DNA of 62,251 nt, the filler included, from Basidiobolus ranarum (Eukaryota): assembly GCA_040143965.1 (NCBI GenBank). It is 2 parts of 2 records of this genome, joined end to end, with 100 filler letters (N's around TTAATTAATTAA, not from the genome) between each part and the next. Parts side by side here need not be neighbours in the genome. Positions count along the whole stretch, not along the records: positions 31,210 to 62,251 come from JASJQH010006968.1; 1 more part is not named here. The stretch is one strand, 5' to 3'. Position 1 is the first letter of the stretch, and every line of letters starts with the position of its first letter. Positions 62,251 through 62,251 of this stretch are shown piece after piece. A program made the translations under genes and the position numbers. A model generated the notes under the pieces. It ran no database searches and was not told the DNA's origin. It worked only from the letters and a program-made list of their open reading frames with translations.

Positions 62251-62251
62251 A

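Noticed and set aside
1-62251. tRNA, rRNA, CRISPR, selenoprotein or secondary-metabolite cluster
   Set aside because: None recognised by eye. The gene set is a mixed housekeeping neighbourhood. tRNAscan and Infernal were not run.

Overview
Gene-dense, AT-rich eukaryotic DNA with short GT-AG introns, typical of an early-diverging fungus (Zoopagomycota/Mucoromycota style; Basidiobolus-like is only an inference). There is one scaffold gap at about 31110-31209. About 22 genes can be supported: TUG/UBX4, SPT7, PRB1-type subtilisin, SNF2/STH1 remodeller, FMO, a HAC1/XBP1 bZIP, alpha-arrestin, an unknown membrane protein, a MUP1-like permease, OPT, an orphan intronless ORF, a degenerate small secreted protein gene, a divergent UBR1, CK1, PRP39, a PIN-like transporter, an M13 metallopeptidase, NAA30, KIN1, a single-pass protein, a 63-aa mitochondrial-type microprotein, an MFS sugar porter and the 3' end of a GH20 hexosaminidase. 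The strongest finding is a complete Ire1-type non-spliceosomal intron in the bZIP gene: 47 nt (17869-17915), with two CNG/CAG loops, a closing stem and an extra internal hairpin. Its removal would swap a hydrophobic tail for an acidic/aromatic tail, and the gene lies head-to-head with an FMO. Other leads are a bacterial-looking secreted M13 peptidase, a UBR1 with a damaged UBR box, a candidate poison exon in PRP39, the orphan ORF, small genes missed by the ORF track, and several repeats. Exon boundaries were read by eye and no searches were run.
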